From the NCBI GenBank assembly GCA_038319835.1, contig JBBQDQ010000001.1, forward strand, positions 19,627-83,626: a stretch of DNA of 64,000 bases, written 5' to 3'. Position 1 is the first letter of the stretch. Each line of letters opens with the position of its first letter. The notes below the pieces were generated by a model, which saw nothing but the letters and a program-made list of their open reading frames with translations, was not told the origin of the DNA and made no database searches. Below are positions 48,070-57,705 of this stretch, piece by piece. Source of the stretch: Thermoanaerobaculia bacterium (GTDB taxonomy: Bacteria; Acidobacteriota; Thermoanaerobaculia; UBA5066). Both the position numbers and the translations under genes were made by a program.

Positions 48070-48414
48070 TCAGGGGACGACGTTGACCTCAGGGTCGAGC
48101 GAGACCTTCTTCCCGTTTGCGAGCGTCACGAAGACGGTGTACTTGAAGGACCTGCCGACGTGCTTCGCGTCGGAGACGTGGTGCGAGAGGACGTGCCGCT
48201 TCGACTTCGGGTGGATGTGGTCCGCGTGGAACGGGTGCTTGCCGTTCTCGAACTCGATCGCATCGATCGTCCCTTCGCCGGCGAGGATCCAGTGCACCCG
48301 GTGTTTGTCCTTCACGGAGACCGGGATCTTGTCCGGCGACACGCTCAGCGTATCTCCCTTCACGTGAACGCACGCAATCTGTTCGTCGTCGAGGTCGTGC
48401 GAGAGGGCCGGCAT
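48070..48414 (-). CDS. Small beta-rich hypothetical protein encoded immediately downstream of the STK-TPR kinase
   Basis: AAGGAG RBS 7 nt before the ATG. C-terminal half homologous to the 60611..61069 product ('KYTVFVTLANGKKVSLDPEV' vs 'KYKYTITGEYDEKTKLDPNDPWIEV'). Confidence 0.6.
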   Translation of the reverse strand: MPALSHDLDDEQIACVHVKGDTLSVSPDKIPVSVKDKHRVHWILAGEGTIDAIEFENGKHPFHADHIHPKSKRHVLSHHVSDAKHVGRSFKYTVFVTLANGKKVSLDPEVNVVP

Positions 48415-48425
48415 CGGGAAACTCC

Positions 48426-51023
48426 TTAGTTCTGCTTCGCGCCCGCCCCGCCCACGCCGGAGAGGAGCAGCTGGAAGCGTGGCTCGTTTCGAAGTGATGA
48501 GAACTCGGGATCCGACCGGAATTCGACGCTACCATAGCCGCGCGCGACCGCCTGCTCGAGGAGCGTGAGCGCCTCGTCGCGGCGCGCGAGGGCGAGGTTC
48601 ACGATCGCTGCCCTCTCGAGGACGGTGGCGTTCTCCGGCTCGAGCGCGACCGCACGCGCGACGAGCCGTGCCGCCTCCTCCGTACGCCCCGTGCGTGCCT
48701 TGCAGAGCGCGAGCAGGCCCGTCGCGCGTCCGTCGCGCGGATTCACGCGGAGGACGCTCTCCGCGAGAGGGATCGCCTCTTCGTAGGCCTGCTTCGCCTT
48801 TTCGGCCCGGCCGGGCGCGAACGTGAGCGCGTCCCCGAGGTAGACGTGATAGCGGTAGTCGCCAGGCGTCAGCGTGATCGCCTTCCCGAACGAGTCGGTC
48901 GCTCCGGCGAAGTCGCCGAGCAGGTACTGGCAGGCTCCGAGATTCGAGTATGCGAGCGCGCTCGGCTTGATCTCGATCGACCTTCGGAGAGCCCCGATCG
49001 CCTCGTCGAAGCGTCCCTGCCGGATCCGGACCGCACCGAGGCTGTAGGGGAGGCCGTACGCGTCGGGATTGAGGTCCATCGCCTTCTGGTACGCCCGCGC
49101 CGCCTCGTCGTAGCGATTTCTGAAGAAGAAGAACCCGGCAAGGTCCTTGTAAGCCGACCACGACGTGGGCCGCATCGTCACGATCCGGGTCCACGTCGTC
49201 TCGGCGCCGGCGAAGTCCCCGACGCCCTGGAGCGCCGCCGCGAGGACCGCGAGGGCCTCGACGTCCCCGGGGCTCTTCTCGAGGACCTTGCGGACGATCG
49301 GGAGAGCCTCCGCCGGACGGCCCGTCGCGAGGGAGAGGCGCGCCGTCGTCACTTGCGCTTCGGGGAGGCCGGGATCGAGGGCGAGGGCACGCGCGGCGGC
49401 GGCCTTCGCCCGCTCGGCCGCCCCGGCGTCTTTCGTGAGCGCAAAGGAGAGGAGGTAGGCGCGGCCCAGCGCAGCCTGAACGAGAGCCGAGCGGTTTCCG
49501 CCGGGGATATTCTCGAGGAGGTCGGCACCTCTCTTGAGGAGTGCGGCGTCGTCGATGCGCTCGATGCAGCCGAGGGCGACGACGTACTCGCTCTGGGACG
49601 GCCCGCGGGTGATCTCCTCGCGGACGGGCGGGGAGCCGCCGCGCGCCAGATCGAGGGAGGCGCAGATCTTCTCGGAGAGCTCGTTCTCGAGCCGGAACCA
49701 CTCGCTCTCGGGACCGGTCACCTCGCCCGCGTCGATCTGGACGGGCGACGCCGCGAGGGCGAGGGAGTACGAGAGCTGGACCTGGTCGCCGCTCCGGCGC
49801 GCGCTCGGGACGAGGATGAGGTTCGCGCCGGTGTCGTGCGCCACCTTCGCGGCGTCCGTTTCGAGGCGGGCCGCCGCGGGCAGCATGATCGACACGCCGG
49901 GAACCCGACGGAGCTTCGACCGGAGGCTCACGGAGAAGCCGTCGCAGAGCTGGCGGCCGTCCGATCGCCCCGTGAGGTCGGTGGCCGGGAGAATGGCGAG
50001 GAGCTTGGAGGCCGGGAGGGCGGTGCCTTCCTTTCCGCGGAACGAGACGACGGCGAGGACGGCGATCACGGCCGCGAGAAGGGCCCCGGCGCCCGCCCAG
50101 AACCGCGGCGCCCCGGGAATCCGGACGGAAACCGCCGCGATGCTTCGGGAGGCTCCGGGGCTCTTCTCCTCGGCGGAGAGCTCGAGCTCCCTCCTCACGG
50201 ACGACATGTCGGGGGCGCGGCTCTCGGGATCCTTGGAGAGACATTGCGCGAGGAGAGACTGGATCCGGGGCGGTGTCTCTTTCGGGAGCGCGTTCCAGTC
50301 GGGCTTGCGCTCGAGGATGGCGACGAGGATGTCGACCTGCGAGTCTCCCGGGAACGTCTTGTGGCCGGCGAGCATCTCGTAGAGGAGGCATCCGAACGAC
50401 CAGACGTCGCTCCGCTGGTCGAGCGTCCTCCCGCGCGCCTGCTCGGGACTCATGTAGGGAACGGTGCCGAGGACCGTTCCCGACCGGGTCGCGGTGGCGC
50501 CGAGCGTCGGGGACTCCGAGAGGTCGGACACCTCCGACGCGGGCGCGAAGGCCTTCGCGAGGCCGAAATCGAGGAGCTTCACCCTGCCCTCGGGCGTGAC
50601 CTTCACATTCGCGGGCTTCAGGTCGCGGTGGAGGATTCCCTTCGCGTGCGCCGCCTCGAGCGCCTCGGCGGTCTGCCGGGCGATGTCGAGCGCGCGCGGA
50701 AGCGGGAGCGGCCCTGCGGCGAGGAGCTCCCTCACGGTCTCGCCCGGCACCATCTCCATGACGAGCAGCTGGACGCCGTCCGCTCGCTCGAAGCTGTGGA
50801 TCGACGCGATGTTCGTGTGGTTGAACGTGGCGAGGAGCTGCGCTTCGCGCTGGAACCTCGCGATCACCTCGCGGTCGCCGGCCACGGTCTCCGGCAGGAC
50901 CTTGAGGGCGACCTCGCGGCCGAGACGCGTGTCGCGCGCGCGCCAGACCTCGCCCATCCCGCCGACGCCGAGCTGCGAGAGCACTTCGTAGGGGCCGAGC
51001 TTCGTGCCGGGGGCGAGGCTCAT
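48426..51023 (-). CDS. Ser/Thr protein kinase with TM segment and C-terminal TPR repeats
   Basis: 'LGVGGMGEVWRARD...ALKVL', 'HRDLKPANV', 'DFGLAK', 'SPEQARG'. Long TPR region. 865 aa. Confidence 0.85.
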   Translation of the reverse strand: MSLAPGTKLGPYEVLSQLGVGGMGEVWRARDTRLGREVALKVLPETVAGDREVIARFQREAQLLATFNHTNIASIHSFERADGVQLLVMEMVPGETVRELLAAGPLPLPRALDIARQTAEALEAAHAKGILHRDLKPANVKVTPEGRVKLLDFGLAKAFAPASEVSDLSESPTLGATATRSGTVLGTVPYMSPEQARGRTLDQRSDVWSFGCLLYEMLAGHKTFPGDSQVDILVAILERKPDWNALPKETPPRIQSLLAQCLSKDPESRAPDMSSVRRELELSAEEKSPGASRSIAAVSVRIPGAPRFWAGAGALLAAVIAVLAVVSFRGKEGTALPASKLLAILPATDLTGRSDGRQLCDGFSVSLRSKLRRVPGVSIMLPAAARLETDAAKVAHDTGANLILVPSARRSGDQVQLSYSLALAASPVQIDAGEVTGPESEWFRLENELSEKICASLDLARGGSPPVREEITRGPSQSEYVVALGCIERIDDAALLKRGADLLENIPGGNRSALVQAALGRAYLLSFALTKDAGAAERAKAAAARALALDPGLPEAQVTTARLSLATGRPAEALPIVRKVLEKSPGDVEALAVLAAALQGVGDFAGAETTWTRIVTMRPTSWSAYKDLAGFFFFRNRYDEAARAYQKAMDLNPDAYGLPYSLGAVRIRQGRFDEAIGALRRSIEIKPSALAYSNLGACQYLLGDFAGATDSFGKAITLTPGDYRYHVYLGDALTFAPGRAEKAKQAYEEAIPLAESVLRVNPRDGRATGLLALCKARTGRTEEAARLVARAVALEPENATVLERAAIVNLALARRDEALTLLEQAVARGYGSVEFRSDPEFSSLRNEPRFQLLLSGVGGAGAKQN

Positions 51024-51111
51024 GGGTCGTGGCCGCCGATTATGGGGGACCGCGATCGATGGCGGCGCAGGAGCGCTCTTGCAGTAGGGACAGGGAGTCA
51101 GACCGCGGTGA

Positions 51112-53256
51112 TCACGTTGCGGAGTAGGCCGATCCCCGCAATCCCGATTTCACGCGCGCGGGTGTGAACGGCATCTCGAAGGGCCGCGCGCCGGTCGCGT
51201 CGAAGATCGCGTTCGCGATCGCGCCGCCGACCGGGACGAGCGCGGGCTCGCCGCCTCCCTGCGGGGACAGGTCGTCGTTCTTCACGAGGATCGTCTCGAG
51301 CGCCGGCATCATCGAGAACTTCGGCAGCTCGTACATGTCGAAGTTCTGCGTGTGGATCTTCCCGCCCGTGAACCGCACCTCCTCGGTGAGCGCGTAGCCG
51401 AGGGCCATCATCACGCAGCCCTCCATCTGCATCTTCGCGCCGTCGGGGTTGATCACGATCCCCATGTCCTGCGCCGCGACGACGCGGACCACCTTCACGC
51501 CGCCCGTCGCCGCGTCGACCTTGACCTCGGCGATGAGTGCGACGTACGTTCCCGCGTCGATCCCACACGCGATCCCGAAGCCGCGCCCGGTCGGTCCGGC
51601 GGCCTTCTTCCATCCAAACGCGCCGGCCGCGGCCTCGAGGACGCTCCGCATCCGCGGATCGGAGGTGTTCTTCAGGCGGAACTCGAGCGGGTCCTGCTTC
51701 GTCGCCGCGGCCATGACGTCGACCTGCGACTCGCGCGCGAAGACGTTCACGTTCGCGCCCGGAGCGCGCCAGGGGCCCGTCGCGAAGAGGTGCATCTTTG
51801 GTGTGTCGCTGCCCCAGCGCCCGTACGCTTTCATGAGGTTGTGGGGGACGTCGTAGAACTGCTCGGCGCCGCGCGTCCCCGCGCCCCAGACGCCGTAGTC
51901 CCACAGGCAGATCTTTCCCGCCGCGTCGAGGCCGGATCTGATCTTCACGACCGCCGCCGGGCGGAACGTGTCGAGGAAGAACTCCTCGGCCCGGCTGTAG
52001 GTGACCTGGACGGGCTTGCCGGCGATCTTCGCGAGCTTCGCGGCCTCGACGGCGTGGCCGCGCGTGCCGCTCTTGCCGCCGAAGCCTCCGCCGACGAACG
52101 GCGTGAGGATGCGGACCTTCTCCTTCGGGAGGCCGAGCGCCTGCGCGACGCCGGCCTGGTCGGGGAACGGCGTCTGCGTGGAAGTCCACACCGTCACGGC
52201 GTCGCCCTCGAATCGGGCGAGGGATGTGTGCGTTTCCATCGCGGCGTGCGCGCCGTACCCGTTGAGGTACCGGCCCTCGAAGATCTTCGCGGCATTCTTC
52301 GCGCCTTCGGCGAGGTCGCCCTTCTTCTCGGACTCCTGCCCGGCGCCCCCGCTCGCGACGAGGTGGTCGAAGACGGACCGGTCGTCGAACGCGGGCGCGG
52401 GGACGTCCCATTCCGCCTTGACGAGGGCGAGCGCCTTCTCGGCGGCCTCGGGGTCTCGGTGGAGGACCGCGACAAGACCGTCCTGGTTCACGACGACGGC
52501 CCCGTCGACCTTCGCGGCGGCCGAGACGTCGAGGCTCTTCCGCGTCGCGCCGTGGGCCGGCGGACGGAGGATCTTCGCGTAGAGCATGTCCGGGAACCTC
52601 ACGTCGCCGGCGTAGACGGCGCGGCCCGTGACCTTCGCGCGCGCGTCGAGGCGCTTCGTGGGCCTGCCCATGACGCGGAAGTCCGCGACGGCCTTCGGAA
52701 CGGCCCTTCCGTCGAGCGTCCGGACGATCTTCTGGCCCTTCGCGAGGTCGCCGAACGAGACGCGCGCCTTGCCATCCTTCGTGACGACGACGCCGTCCTC
52801 GACGCGGAGGTCGGCGGCAGGCGCCCCGAGGCGCTCTCCGGCGAGGGCGACGAGGACGGCCTTCGCCTCCGCTGCGGCCGCGCGGAGCGCGGGGCCGAAA
52901 AAGCGCGTGGACATCGAGCCGTACGTCCCGTTGTCGAACGGGCACGTCGCCGTGTCGCCCATGACCATGTCGATCGACGCGAGCGGCACGCCGAGCTCGT
53001 CTGCGGCCATCTGCGCAAGCGACGTCACGATGCCCTGGCCCATCTCGATCTTCCCCGAGTAGACCGTCACACGGCCATCGGCTGCGATCCTCAGGTACGC
53101 GTTGAAGTCGGTGGGGTAGCCGCGCGTGCGCGTCTCCTGGCCCATGAGGTCGGACAGGTCCGCGGTGAACAGGACGATGATCCCGCCCCCGAGGAGGCGG
53201 ACGAAGTCGCGGCGGTCGAGGCCGGGACGCGGCGCGGCCGTCGACGCCGCGCTCAC
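51112..53256 (-). CDS. Tat-exported molybdopterin-binding subunit of an aldehyde-oxidoreductase/IorB-like Mo hydroxylase
   Basis: Twin-Arg 'RRDFVRLLGGGIIVLF'. Xdh/CoxL-family MoCo domains ('PFVGGGFGGK'). 714 aa. Confidence 0.75.
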   Translation of the reverse strand: MSAASTAAPRPGLDRRDFVRLLGGGIIVLFTADLSDLMGQETRTRGYPTDFNAYLRIAADGRVTVYSGKIEMGQGIVTSLAQMAADELGVPLASIDMVMGDTATCPFDNGTYGSMSTRFFGPALRAAAAEAKAVLVALAGERLGAPAADLRVEDGVVVTKDGKARVSFGDLAKGQKIVRTLDGRAVPKAVADFRVMGRPTKRLDARAKVTGRAVYAGDVRFPDMLYAKILRPPAHGATRKSLDVSAAAKVDGAVVVNQDGLVAVLHRDPEAAEKALALVKAEWDVPAPAFDDRSVFDHLVASGGAGQESEKKGDLAEGAKNAAKIFEGRYLNGYGAHAAMETHTSLARFEGDAVTVWTSTQTPFPDQAGVAQALGLPKEKVRILTPFVGGGFGGKSGTRGHAVEAAKLAKIAGKPVQVTYSRAEEFFLDTFRPAAVVKIRSGLDAAGKICLWDYGVWGAGTRGAEQFYDVPHNLMKAYGRWGSDTPKMHLFATGPWRAPGANVNVFARESQVDVMAAATKQDPLEFRLKNTSDPRMRSVLEAAAGAFGWKKAAGPTGRGFGIACGIDAGTYVALIAEVKVDAATGGVKVVRVVAAQDMGIVINPDGAKMQMEGCVMMALGYALTEEVRFTGGKIHTQNFDMYELPKFSMMPALETILVKNDDLSPQGGGEPALVPVGGAIANAIFDATGARPFEMPFTPARVKSGLRGSAYSAT

Positions 53257-53726
53257 GCGGCACCTCCCGGTGCGGACGCCTGCTCGATCGCCTTAACGAT
53301 CCGGTGGTGGGCCGCACAGCGGCAGAGGTTGTCGTCCATCGCGGTGACGATTTCGGAGCGCGTCGGCTTCGGCTTCTTCAGGAGGAGCGCGTAGGCGTTC
53401 ATGATCATCCCGGGCGTGCAGAAGCCGCACTGCAGGCCGCCGACGTCCGCGAAGGCCTCCTGGAGAGGGTGGAGCTTGCCGTTCCGCTCGAGCCCCTCGA
53501 TCGTCGTGATGTCCTTCCCGCGGACAGACTTCACGGGCAGCTGGCACGAGCGCACGGCCTGCTTGCCGACGACGACCGTGCAGGCGCCGCACTGGTTCGC
53601 GCCGCAGCCGTACTTGGTCCCCGTGAGCCCGAGGTCGGTACGCAGAACCCAGAGGAGCGTCCGATCGCCGTCGACGTCGACCTGGACGGGTTTGCCGTTG
53701 AGCCGGAACGCGATGGAGTCAGGCAT
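53253..53726 (-). CDS. [2Fe-2S] small subunit (IorA/CoxS-like)
   Basis: 'CGANQCGACTV...C' and 'CGFCTPGM...CRC' motifs. ATGA overlap with the large-subunit start. Confidence 0.8.
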   Translation of the reverse strand: MPDSIAFRLNGKPVQVDVDGDRTLLWVLRTDLGLTGTKYGCGANQCGACTVVVGKQAVRSCQLPVKSVRGKDITTIEGLERNGKLHPLQEAFADVGGLQCGFCTPGMIMNAYALLLKKPKPTRSEIVTAMDDNLCRCAAHHRIVKAIEQASAPGGAA

Positions 53727-53751
53727 GGGGCCCTCCCCTCGAGCCCGGAGT

Positions 53752-54171
53752 CTAGTCGCTTCGGCGGTCGAGGGGCGCGAGCGTCGGAAGCGTCCGCGGG
53801 TCGTTCGTGACGTTGTCGATCACCGAGGCGTAGGCCCGGAAGTTCGACGTGCCGTTCACGGGCGAGAAGACGAGCCGCGCGCTCGAAACGTCCGCCGAGA
53901 GCGAGTACGTCCGCTCGGGGCCCGACGTCCCGTCCTTGTCGTGGCCGAGGAACCTGAGTGTGAACGAGACGGCGGCCGTGCTCGGATTCACGACGCTCAG
54001 GGCGGTCGTGTAGAAGGCTCCGTTCGCGCCGCCGGCCCGGGCCGTCGACGGGACGAAGATGGAATAGGCGGATTGCGCGAGCGCGGCTCCGGGAAGCAGC
54101 GCAACGGCGGCGAAGACGGCGCCGAGAGCTCTCACGGCGGCGGCGCTCCTCTCGACGAACCTCATTCGCAA
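53752..54171 (-). CDS. Secreted hypothetical protein
   Basis: Signal peptide 'AVRALGAVFAAVALLPGAALAQS' followed by a non-repetitive mature region. Confidence 0.4.
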   Translation of the reverse strand: MRMRFVERSAAAVRALGAVFAAVALLPGAALAQSAYSIFVPSTARAGGANGAFYTTALSVVNPSTAAVSFTLRFLGHDKDGTSGPERTYSLSADVSSARLVFSPVNGTSNFRAYASVIDNVTNDPRTLPTLAPLDRRSD

Positions 54172-54339
54172 AAAAAGTGTAGCTCCCTGGTACGAACCGG
54201 GTTGGCCTGCGGCTTCGGAACGACGTCGATCCTCGTGTGCTGGAAGGCGGAAACTGAACCGGATCCACGCCGTTTACATCGCGCAGTTCGCGCTCCGCCC
54301 GGTGCTCGTGAAGGCCCTGCCCACGCTGGCGCCCCGGCC

Positions 54340-55170
54340 CTAATTCAAAGGCGGACTGGCCCCGCCGACGGGTTTGGGCACGTGTGTCCCGACGGCCGCG
54401 GGCATCCCCGAACTCGGTGCAATGACGAAGACGGGCCCGAAGTACGAGCTTCCGTCGCCGCTGGCGCGGACCCAGTAGCTGTTTCCGGGAACCAGGTTCT
54501 TCCCGTCCGGGATGCGCGAGTAATTGGTGATGCTCGTGAGCTTGCCCACAATCCAGGAGTACGAGCCGCTCGCCGGGCACTTTGTGAAGTCGAGCGGGAC
54601 GTCGGCGATGTCGCCCACCTTGAAGGTGTCGTAGAACAGCTCGAGCTTCAGCTTCTTCGACGGCCAGTGCTTCGGGTTGGCGATGAGCGACCACGCGATT
54701 GCGCCCTGCTGCCCGAGCACGAGGACGCGCCCGGCGACCGGCTGGTCGACGCGGACGTTCGACAGTCCTCCTTTCGTGGGGAAGGCCATCGCCGCGAACA
54801 CCCCGAAGGTCTCGGTCGTGAACGAAAGGGCTCCGTCCTCGGTCGCGACGAGGGCGGCGTAGTTGCAGCCGATGTCGGCGGCGGTCGGCGTCCACCAGAG
54901 ATTGCCACGCAGAATCGGGCCACGCTGCGGAGAGGCTTCGTTCGTGAGCGAGAGGCCGGTGGCCAGCACGCGGAGCGATGCGCCGTTTCTCAGCAGCGTG
55001 ACCTTGATCTTCGTCCCGGGCTTCAGGTCCTTCGCAATCCAGCTGATCCCGAACTTTTGGCCCGGCCAGCCGTCGAGGCCGTTGAGCGTCCCACCGGGCC
55101 CGAGGGTTCCGGCCTGTGCGGACATTGCGGCTGCGAGCGCGAGCGCGAAGGGGAGAAGGAGCTTCCTCAT
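54340..55170 (-). CDS. Secreted hypothetical protein
   Basis: Signal peptide 'MRKLLLPFALALAAAMSAQA'; beta-rich mature region. Confidence 0.45.
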   Translation of the reverse strand: MRKLLLPFALALAAAMSAQAGTLGPGGTLNGLDGWPGQKFGISWIAKDLKPGTKIKVTLLRNGASLRVLATGLSLTNEASPQRGPILRGNLWWTPTAADIGCNYAALVATEDGALSFTTETFGVFAAMAFPTKGGLSNVRVDQPVAGRVLVLGQQGAIAWSLIANPKHWPSKKLKLELFYDTFKVGDIADVPLDFTKCPASGSYSWIVGKLTSITNYSRIPDGKNLVPGNSYWVRASGDGSSYFGPVFVIAPSSGMPAAVGTHVPKPVGGASPPLN

Positions 55171-55259
55171 GACGTCACCCGGCCTTTCTGTGGTCAAGAC
55201 ACAACGTGGGGCGGCCCGGGCCGGCCCGCAAGGGCCGAACCGCTCGGACCTCGCCTACC

Positions 55260-55916
55260 CTAGGAGCGACGCGTCGCCCGGACGATGAACCGCTGGGGAG
55301 CCGAGCCGACGAAGTAGAACGGGTAGCACGTCACGAGCGTGACGGCGGGCCCGCCGGTCTCGTCGAGGACGGAGACGTCCTCGGTGTCCACGATCTTCGT
55401 CCAGGTCACGATGTAGCGCGAGGTCTCGCGCGGGGTCTCGAGAAGGATCTCGTCCCCGACGGCGACGTCCTTGAGCGCGCGGAAGAAGCCGTCGCGATGA
55501 GCGGAGAGGCAGACGTTGCCCGCCTCGCCGGGGCGCGCCGTCCCCTCGATCCAGCCCGCTCCGCGGTTGAGCGTCAGGTCGTCCGTCCCCTCGAGGACCG
55601 GGACGTCGATCTTCAGGCGCGGCATCTTCAGGAGCGCGAGCGGCGCGCGGTGGTCGGCCGCGAGGCTCTCCTTCCACTCCCTCACCCGCACGTCCGACCA
55701 GAGGGAGACATCGACCGGCCCTTCCTCGAGGCGGACGGCCGCTGTGGGCACGGCGGTGGGGGCCGGAGGCCGCCCCCGTTCGGCGGCCCTCTGCGCCTCG
55801 AAGGCCTGCCGGTCGCGGCGCGACCCGAGGATCGAATGCAGACGGGCGGCGCCCCACACTCCGAGGAGCAGGATTCCGACGCCGATCAGCGCGTTTCCGA
55901 TCCGCCGCGAGAGCAT
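55260..55916 (-). CDS. Sortase-family transpeptidase
   Basis: N-terminal TM; 'NVCLSAHRD' (His), 'TLVTCYP' (TLxTC active site) and a downstream Arg. Confidence 0.65.
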   Translation of the reverse strand: MLSRRIGNALIGVGILLLGVWGAARLHSILGSRRDRQAFEAQRAAERGRPPAPTAVPTAAVRLEEGPVDVSLWSDVRVREWKESLAADHRAPLALLKMPRLKIDVPVLEGTDDLTLNRGAGWIEGTARPGEAGNVCLSAHRDGFFRALKDVAVGDEILLETPRETSRYIVTWTKIVDTEDVSVLDETGGPAVTLVTCYPFYFVGSAPQRFIVRATRRS

Positions 55917-55990
55917 CAAACTCAAGCGTACCGTACGGCGGCGGGGCGCCCGGTTCCGAACCGCAGCATGAAATGCGAGAATTGATCTCA

Positions 55991-56404
55991 ATGAACCGGT
56001 CCACGCGGAGCCTGGCGCTTCTGTTTCTCCCGCTCGCCCTCCTGGCGGCCGACCCGCTCGAGACGCAGCTCGCGAACGCGCGCGCCCTCGTGAAGGGCGG
56101 CAAGGCGGCCGAGGCCAAGGCGCTTCTCCGGGGCACCGTGGAGTCCAATCCGAAGAGCCGCGAGGCCCGCAAGGCGCTCCTCGAGGCCGCGGCCCTCACG
56201 AAGGACTGGGAGACGTGCAACGCGCAGGGAGCCGCCCTCGAGCCGTTCCCGGATGGCGAGGAGCCGGCGATGTTCTACGCGGCGGTCGCCCTGCGGGAGA
56301 CGGGCAGCGTCGCGAGCGCCCGGGCGCTCCTCAAGCGCGCGCGGCCGCTCCTCGCGCGGAACGCCTGGGTCGACTACTACACGAAGGAAATCCTCGGGGA
56401 CTGA
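55991..56404 (+). CDS. Small secreted helical (TPR-like) protein
   Basis: Signal peptide 'MNRSTRSLALLFLPLALLAADP'; helical A/L/K-rich body. Confidence 0.4.
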   Translation: MNRSTRSLALLFLPLALLAADPLETQLANARALVKGGKAAEAKALLRGTVESNPKSREARKALLEAAALTKDWETCNAQGAALEPFPDGEEPAMFYAAVALRETGSVASARALLKRARPLLARNAWVDYYTKEILGD

Positions 56405-56419
56405 CCCGCGCCAGGCGCC

Positions 56420-57502
56420 TCACAGCCAGAGAAACGCCATCGCGACGATCGCGTAGACGACGAGGAGCTGCGCGCCCTCGAGCCAGTTCGACTCGCCGTC
56501 CGCGGCGATCTGGCCCGCGATGAGGACCGACGCCGCGAGGACCGCGACCTCAAACGGGTTGAAGAAGAGCGTCATCTCCCTGCCGAAGAGGAGCGACACG
56601 AAGACGAGGAGCGGCGCGACGAAGAGCGCGATCTGCTGACTCGAGCCGAGGGAGATCGCGAGGGACAGCTCCATGCGGTTCTTCGCCGCGGTCGACACGG
56701 CGACGAGGTGCTCCGCGACGTTTCCGATGAGCGGGATGAGAACGATGCCGAGGAAGACTTCCGAGACGCCGGTGCGTCTCACGACGGGCTCCACGGCGCC
56801 GACGAGCAGCTCGGAGAGGACGACCGTCGCGAGGGTCGAGCCGACGAGGACGCTCACGGCCTTGCGGAGGCTCCAGGCGCCCGCGGGAGTCTCGCGATGC
56901 GTGACGCCGACCTCGGGCGCGATGCCGCGTGACGGCGTCGTGAGCGAGAAGACGAGCGAGAGGACGTAGACGAGGATCAGGACGGCCGCCACGCCGAGGG
57001 AGAGCCGGTCGAGGAGCGGGTCCGACGACTCGGTGAGGAGCGGCAGGTTCCGCTGCAGCTTGTGGACGACTTCGAAGAGCGTCGGGATCAGGAGGCCGAT
57101 GACGGAGAGCAGCATCATCGTCGAGGCCGTGCCCGCGGCGCGGGAGTCGAAGCGCTGGAGCCCGTTCTTCAGTCCGCCGACGAGGAGCGACAGCCCGAGG
57201 ATCAGAAGCAGGTTCCCGAGGATCGAGCCGATGATCGACGCCTTCACGAGCTCGACCCTGCCGGCCCGGAGCGCGACGACCGTGATGATGAGCTCGGCGG
57301 CGTTGCCGAGCGTCGCGTTCAGGAGCCCGCCGGCGCGCTCTCCGGTGCGGTGGGCGAGATGCTCGGTCGCCTCTCCCATGGCGGCCGCGAGCGGGAGGAG
57401 GCCGAGGCACGCGAAAACGAAGACGAGAGTCGGCGAATGGAGCAGCCACTCGGCGGCGAGAGCGAGCGGGACGAAGGCGAGGAAGGTGCGAAGGGCCTTC
57501 AC
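56420..57502 (-). CDS. Ca2+/H+ antiporter (CaCA/ChaA family)
   Basis: Two alpha-repeat signatures 'GNAAELIITV' and 'GNVAEHLVAV'. ~10 TM helices. Confidence 0.75.
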   Translation of the reverse strand: MKALRTFLAFVPLALAAEWLLHSPTLVFVFACLGLLPLAAAMGEATEHLAHRTGERAGGLLNATLGNAAELIITVVALRAGRVELVKASIIGSILGNLLLILGLSLLVGGLKNGLQRFDSRAAGTASTMMLLSVIGLLIPTLFEVVHKLQRNLPLLTESSDPLLDRLSLGVAAVLILVYVLSLVFSLTTPSRGIAPEVGVTHRETPAGAWSLRKAVSVLVGSTLATVVLSELLVGAVEPVVRRTGVSEVFLGIVLIPLIGNVAEHLVAVSTAAKNRMELSLAISLGSSQQIALFVAPLLVFVSLLFGREMTLFFNPFEVAVLAASVLIAGQIAADGESNWLEGAQLLVVYAIVAMAFLWL

Positions 57503-57705
57503 GCCGGCGGCGGCGCGGTTCCGAACCGGTCCTTGAAGACCTCGTAGGCGCGGCGCCGCCGCTGCGCCTCGTCGTCGGTACGCGCCGTGACGACGGCCCG
57601 GGCTTCGCGGTTCGTGGGATCCGGAGCGGTCATCCGACCCCAATTCTACGGGTGACGGATGGACAGGACGCCCGGGGACGGCTAGAACGTGCAGGGGAGA
57701 CACCT

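Noticed and set aside
51098-53317. 739-aa minus ORF in an alternative frame over the Mo-subunit gene
   Set aside because: R/G-rich with no motifs. The frame 51112..53256 carries the Tat signal and Xdh-family motifs.
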